Shown here piece after piece: positions 32,895 to 38,997 of a DNA stretch of 38,997 nt. Under the pieces are notes generated by a model, which ran no database searches, was not told where the DNA came from, and worked only from the letters and a program-made list of their open reading frames with translations. The translations under genes were made by a program, and so were the position numbers. Each line of letters begins with the position of its first letter. Position 1 is the first letter of the stretch. Source of the DNA: Neocallimastix sp. 'constans' (Eukaryota); NCBI GenBank assembly GCA_050613775.1, contig JBODTK010000136.1:434001-472997 (forward strand). Direction: 5' to 3'.

Positions 32895-32968
32895 AAATAC
32901 ATATATATAAATTATGAAGTAAGAATAAAAATACATATATATATAAATTATGTAGTAAGAATAAAAAT
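32895..32968 (+). repeat. Imperfect tandem duplication of about 34-36 nt
   Basis: AAATACATATATAT(AT)AAATTATG(A/T)AGTAAGAATAAAA occurs twice in tandem. Confidence 0.7.
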
Positions 32969-33602
32969 TAATTAAATGTATATAAAATGAAAAAAAAAAA
33001 AATAAATAAAAAAATATGTTGATTATGTGTATATAATGTATATATATAATAAAAAAAAAATAAATAAAACATATAAAAATATTAATATATATTGTATTTT
33101 TCTAATATAAAAATTAGACCACCACCTTTAAGAGTTTTTTTTTTTTTTTTTTTTTTTGTATAAAGATTAATATTATATGTTTTAATCATGATAAAATATT
33201 TATTTTGATTATTTTTTTTTATCCAATAAATTAAAATAAAAATATATTTTTTATTATATATCATTTTGTGGTTAAAATCAAAGAATAAGATTATTATTTA
33301 AATTTTTGATTGATATATATAATTTAATTTAATTATTCATATGTAATACAAGAAAAAAATTGGATAATTATTATTTAAGATTATTAATGAATTTATTATA
33401 TATATAGGTATAAATAAATAATATAAATTAAAATTAATAATTAAGAATATATTAAAATAAAAAAAAAAAAAAAATTATATATCATTAAAAAAAAAATAAA
33501 TTATACATCATTAAAAAAAAAAAAAAAAAATTCCAAAAAAAAAAATAAAAGATGAAAAAGTATATATATATAAATATATAAATATATATTAAATAAATTA
33601 TA

Positions 33603-33979
33603 CTATACTGATTGACTATTTATGACAGGTGATTTTTCTATTAAACCACTATTTGTTTTATTAATATTTGTAGAAGAAGGTTCTTTTTCTGTTGTTTTTG
33701 TTGTTTTTTTAATTGTCTTCTTTTTCATTTTTGTAGCATCACTTTTTTTTGTACTAGTGGTATAACGTGGTGTGATTTTAGTACTTTTTCTAACATATAA
33801 TGGATTTTGTTGTCTCCAAAAGTCTTCTCTTTCCTTCAAAAATTTTAATCCTTCATCGATAATTTTATAAATATCTTCATTGGGATGTGTATTAAATGAT
33901 TTATCATTGGCAAAATCAATTAAATATTGCTTATCTACATATAATTCTCCAAGTAATTGATAATCTTTTGTTATTATCA

Positions 33980-34018
<39 letters not shown>

Positions 34019-35080
34019 GTTTTTATTTTATTATAATATATTATAGAAGTAATATTTTTATTGACAATTTTTTGTTTTTATTAGTATCATTTTTATTATT
34101 ATTATTATTTTTTTATTTTTATTTTTTTAATTTTAATTTTAATTTTAATTTTTTATTTTTAATATTATTGATTTAATAATATTTTTTATTTTTTTATAAT
34201 AATTATTATTATTAATTTTTTTTTTAAAGTTATTATTAATATTATAAAAAGTAATAATACCTGTATATTTATTGCTTGTTTTATATGTTGTTCCTTCTGG
34301 TGAACCAGCTTTTGAATTATGTTTTTTATTAATATCAAATGAATCTTTTTTCTTATTTAAATTATCACTTCCATTGATTTTGTTTAAAAAATCATTAGTA
34401 CCACTTTTATTCATAAATTCTAGGGAGCTTTTACTATTAGAATTATTTGTTGTAGTAGTACAACCGTCATTACTATTTACTCCTGATGTATCACTTCTTT
34501 TAGACTTTGTTTTTCGAACTTTATCTTTTATATCCCGAATATGACATTCTTTAGGATTGCCAATGGAATTATTAATAGCTTCTTGTGCCTTATGAATACC
34601 TAAACTAAATTCTGGAAGTTCTGGTCTTAACTGATTGCCTCGATGGAAAAATACTAAAGCCATTTCAAAATCACTCATCATATAAAGTGTTTCGGCTTTT
34701 TGATAAATGGCTTTACAATAGGTTGGATCAATTTTTAAGGCTTTATTGGCATCCTCTAAAGAGTTTTCAGTGTTGCCTAATTTTAAATAACATTCTGATC
34801 GACTTACAAGTAACGCTTTATCAATATTTTTACCGGGGTCTTGTTGAGCGTTATTACCTTCCTGTTGATCCGGAACAGCTAATCCGGCCCCTTCCTTAAG
34901 ATCATCTTCCAAATTTCGGTTATGAATTGTTAGAGCTAAAGTATAAAATTCAACAGCCTTATCATATTGACCTTTTCGAGCATGAGCATCAGCTTCAGCT
35001 GCTATCGATTGAAAGCATGTACCCGATACTACTTTTCCATCTTCATCAATAATTCCAGGATATTTTAAATATAAATCCAT
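33603..35080 (-). CDS. ODAD4: Outer dynein arm docking complex subunit 4 (TTC25)-like TPR protein, 2 exons, about 393 aa
   Basis: Exons 35080-34261 and 33964-33603 (1182 nt, in frame), with a CTGAT branch-like site before the AAG acceptor. Motifs LVSRSECYLKLG, CKAIYQKAETLYMMSDFEMALVFFHRGNQLRP, GIHKAQEAINNSIG, QLLGELYVDKQYL and FWRQQNPLYVR closely match TTC25/ODAD4. Confidence 0.88.
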
Positions 35081-35649
35081 TTTGTTATTATTTAATATTA
35101 TTTTATTATTATTTTATTATTATTTTATTATTATTTTTATCTCTTTTTTTTTTTTTTTTTTTATTTTTTTTTTTTTTTATAATTTTACGTAATTCAATAT
35201 ATTTGTTTTATTTTATGTGTTATTTTTAATATATTTTATTGCAATTAATGAGTATTTCGTATAAATAAATAAATAAATAAATAATAAAAACCAAATATGA
35301 ATAAAAATATCGAAACTCTTTTATTAATTTTACATTCTATTATTAATTAAAAATTTCCTTATTTCATGGGTCAATAATTTTTTCTTTTTAAATTTATTAA
35401 TTTATTGATAATAAATATTATTATATATATAATAAATATAAAAATATATATGTGAAAAAAAAAAAAAAAAAAAAAAAGATGACAAAAAAATATAATAATA
35501 ATAATAAAAAATAAATTAAAGTATTAAGAATTATTAAATAGATATAAATGTATATATATAAAGGAAAATAATAATAAAAGATAAAAGATAATAATAATAT
35601 TAATAATTCTTTTATATTGCATAAAATATTTTTTTTAATTTTATACATA

Positions 35650-35687
<38 letters not shown>

Positions 35688-35987
35688 TTTTTATTTAAAG
35701 GATGGAAATTTTTATTAATAGTTTAATAAATATATAAATAGAATTACTACTTTAAAATAAGGAAATTTTTTGAATAATTTTTTTTTTTTTTTTTTGATAA
35801 ATTCTTTGTATTATAAAAAAATGTCAACTTTAATTATAATTGATATATATAAATATTATTTGTAATTAAAAAAAAAAAAAAAAAAAAAAAAAGATTTAAT
35901 GAATTTTATATTGTTTTCTATTAGTTCATGTAAATCCTTATATTTATAAAAAATAATATATATATATTATAAATAATAATAATAATA

Positions 35988-36020
<33 letters not shown>

Positions 36021-37582
36021 AAAAGAAAGAAATAATAATTTTTTTTTTTTTTAAAAAAAAATCAAATATAAATATTTTATATTTAAAATTATATATTTTA
36101 ACTTTTATATAAAAACATTTTTTTTTTCATTTACAAAATTATTATGCAAATATAAAACAAATACCTAATATATCTAGTAAATAATTTATGAGATTAATAT
36201 TTAAATAAAAATATTATTTATAGGAATAATGAATAAATAAAATTAATATGTTGTAGTATTAAAAAGGTTTCTTATATTTTTCATATTAGAATAAAAACAA
36301 ATTTATTATTTTAATATTAACATAATTATAAAATGTACATAAATTAAAACAAAAAAGTTAACATTACTAAAATATTTTTATTTTTATAATTAGAAATTAA
36401 TTTTCTTAATTTAAATAAAATTTTTAGTTTAATGATTTGAAAAATTTTGGTAAATTTTTAGTTTTTTTTTTTTATTATACTGAATTGTTATATATTTTAA
36501 TATAATTATAAAAAAAAGAATAAAACTAAATAATAATAATAAATAATAAAAAGAAATAATAGAAAGAAATAATATAAAGAAATAATAAAAAAAAAATTAT
36601 ACATTCCTCTTGAGATTTGTAAAAATATTTATGATTTAATATAAAAAATAATTATTAAATATCAATTTTATACAATGAACTCTAGAAAGAAAATTATTAT
36701 ATAGTAAAATGAATTAAAACGGTTTATTATCAAATATATTATTAATATTAAACAAATATTTTCAATAAAATAAAATTTCATATTTCAGATTACGTAGCAT
36801 TTTCATTTTACATATTCTTTTATATTTAATATTTTCATTTTAAATAATTTTATTTTTCATATTATATTTTTTTGTACATCTTTTCATTTTATATCTATTA
36901 TTTTAACTTTTTTTATATATATTAAACTATTTAAAAGTTAATTATTACATGATAATAGAAAAATAATACTTGTATATTAATTATAATATATGGTAATAAA
37001 TACGTAGTAGTAATAATTAATAATAATAATACTAATAGAAATGATATATAATTATTATGTAATATACATAGTAGTACTATTAATAATTAATACATGATTA
37101 TAATACGTGGTAAAAGTAATAATTATAATTAATATAATACTTAAATTAATTATTATTATTTTATATTATTATTATTTAGTATTTATTATACTACTTAGTA
37201 ATAACAATAAATGTTATAATTACGGAACTAACATAAATAAAAATAACAGACATTTTAGTACATTATAAAAATTATAATAATAATAATTCATTATTATTAT
37301 TAAGTAATAAATTAATATATTTTTTAGAAATTGAGAAAAATTAAAAAATAAAATAAAAAATATAAAAAAACTTATAAATATACAAATAAAAAAATAAAAA
37401 ATAAAAAAAAGTGATATAAAATAACTTAACTAAATTTTTTTTTTTTTTTTTTAATTTTTTTTTTTTTTTTTTGTTGTTATTATACTATATATATATAAAA
37501 TCAATTAATAAAACATTTAGGCTTTTATGTGAAGTTTTAGATATTAACATAATTTAATCTAAAAAAAAAAATATTAAAGAAA

Positions 37583-37584
37583 AA

Positions 37585-37655
<71 letters not shown>

Positions 37656-37656
37656 A
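37583..37656 (+). repeat. (TAAA)n microsatellite
   Basis: Directly visible tandem TAAA units. Confidence 0.85.
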
Positions 37657-38997
37657 ATATAAAAAAAAATAATATAAAAATATATTATTAAACATATATA
37701 ATGTATATAAATAATTTTTGAATAAATTAATAAATGAAGTTTATAAAATGTTAATTTTTTTTTAAAAATAAAAATATATATATAAATATATTTCTTTATA
37801 TATTAATATATAAAAATATTTATGTAAAAAAAAAATTAATACTAATTAATATTTATATTATATTTTTTTTTTATTTAATTATATATTTTATTTATATTAT
37901 TCATAACAAAAAAGATTTTAAAAATTTATTATTATTATTTTTTTTTATTTCTATTTTTCTTTCTTTTTGATAAAGATATTATAAAAAAGTTAAGAAAAGT
38001 AGATAAATTTAAATTATAGAAATTCATATTAATATTCTATTTGTTATCTTGAAGGTTGGTAAAAAATAATAAAGGATAATAAACCTAAATTTATATTTAA
38101 AAAAAAAGAAAAATATGAAGAATTGATATGCAGATTTGGATGAAATTTTCAAATTGTATTAAAAATAAATAATATATAAATGTATCAATTAACAAAAACA
38201 AATCAGTAAACAATAACAAATGAATAATTTGTTGTAAGAAGTTTTTAGATATTAATGCAAATATAATAATATTAAATGACTCTTTGCTGAATAAAATATA
38301 ATATGGTAATAATATATTTATATAAATATTTATTTTATTTATTTTTATAATATATCTTTTATGTATAATTCATTTTAGAAAAAATAATTAAATGAATAAA
38401 ATCTTTTATTTTTAAATAATTATAATATTTATTTAATGTTGAGAAATGTAATATATTTATAATTTAAAATTAATAATAGTAATACTTTTTTTAAAAAAAA
38501 TATTATTTTATTATTGTTATTATATATATAATTATAATAAAATTAAATTATAAGAAAATTAACATTTATATAATATGTATATATAATTTTAATTTTATAT
38601 TGTATTTTTTGTATTATCAAAATATAGATATAATTGATATTTTCTCTTTTAGTAATACATATTAAATATAATATATATATATATATATTTGTATTTTTTA
38701 ATATTATATCAAATATTTCATATATTCATTTCTAAAAGAAGAAATAACTTTATGAATTTTAAGATTATTAAATTGCAATCTTCTTTATAAAAAAGAATGT
38801 TATAATCAAATTTCAAAATTATAAAACCAATTATTAACTTATAATAAAAAAAACCATTCTAAATATTTATCATTACAAAATTTCTATAAAAATTTGTGTT
38901 ATCTGAAGAGTAATTTAAAAGAAATTTTAAAAGATCATTATTGTAGTTGTTTTAACAGTATAATAAACAAAAATAAACAAACCAAAATTAAATCAAT

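Noticed and set aside
34272..35648. ORFs 34272-34544, 34687-34899 and 35421-35648
   Set aside because: The first two are antisense shadows of ODAD4. The third is low-complexity AT-rich noise.
38110..38320. Faint ankyrin-like reading (LDINANIIILNDSLLNKI*YGN)
   Set aside because: It has stops, no TPLH-like core and no splice structure, so it is too weak to call a pseudogene.

Overview
Extremely AT-rich, intron-dense eukaryotic DNA with long homopolymer, (AAT)n and (TAAA)n tracts. The composition, fungal-type proteins and a flagellar axoneme gene (ODAD4/TTC25) point to a zoosporic fungus, most likely an anaerobic gut fungus (Neocallimastigomycota); this is inferred. I reconstructed eight spliced genes by hand, each with frame-consistent GT-AG introns. 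They are UBE2W (with an 8-nt microexon), eIF3d, cyclophilin H, an orphan coiled-coil protein with a 61-Asn tract, augmin subunit HAUS2, an SR-protein kinase, a PEX39/DUF5572-like KPWE protein with a duplicated N-terminal domain, and a C-terminally short ODAD4/TTC25. There are two LTR-retrotransposon relics. One is an internally deleted Ty3/Gypsy chromovirus (about 13.4-15.9 kb) bracketed by an unusual 22-nt direct repeat. The other is a nested Gypsy/Copia graveyard (about 27.6-29.5 kb). No CRISPR array, rRNA or tRNA was seen, and no clearly new multi-gene system was found. The best leads are the peroxisomal PTS2-import-type factor in a probable anaerobe, the long-TSD capture of a gutted retroelement, RIP-like C-to-T decay, frequent AAG 3' splice sites without polypyrimidine tracts, and the short ODAD4. 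All family calls come from motif recognition, not database searches.
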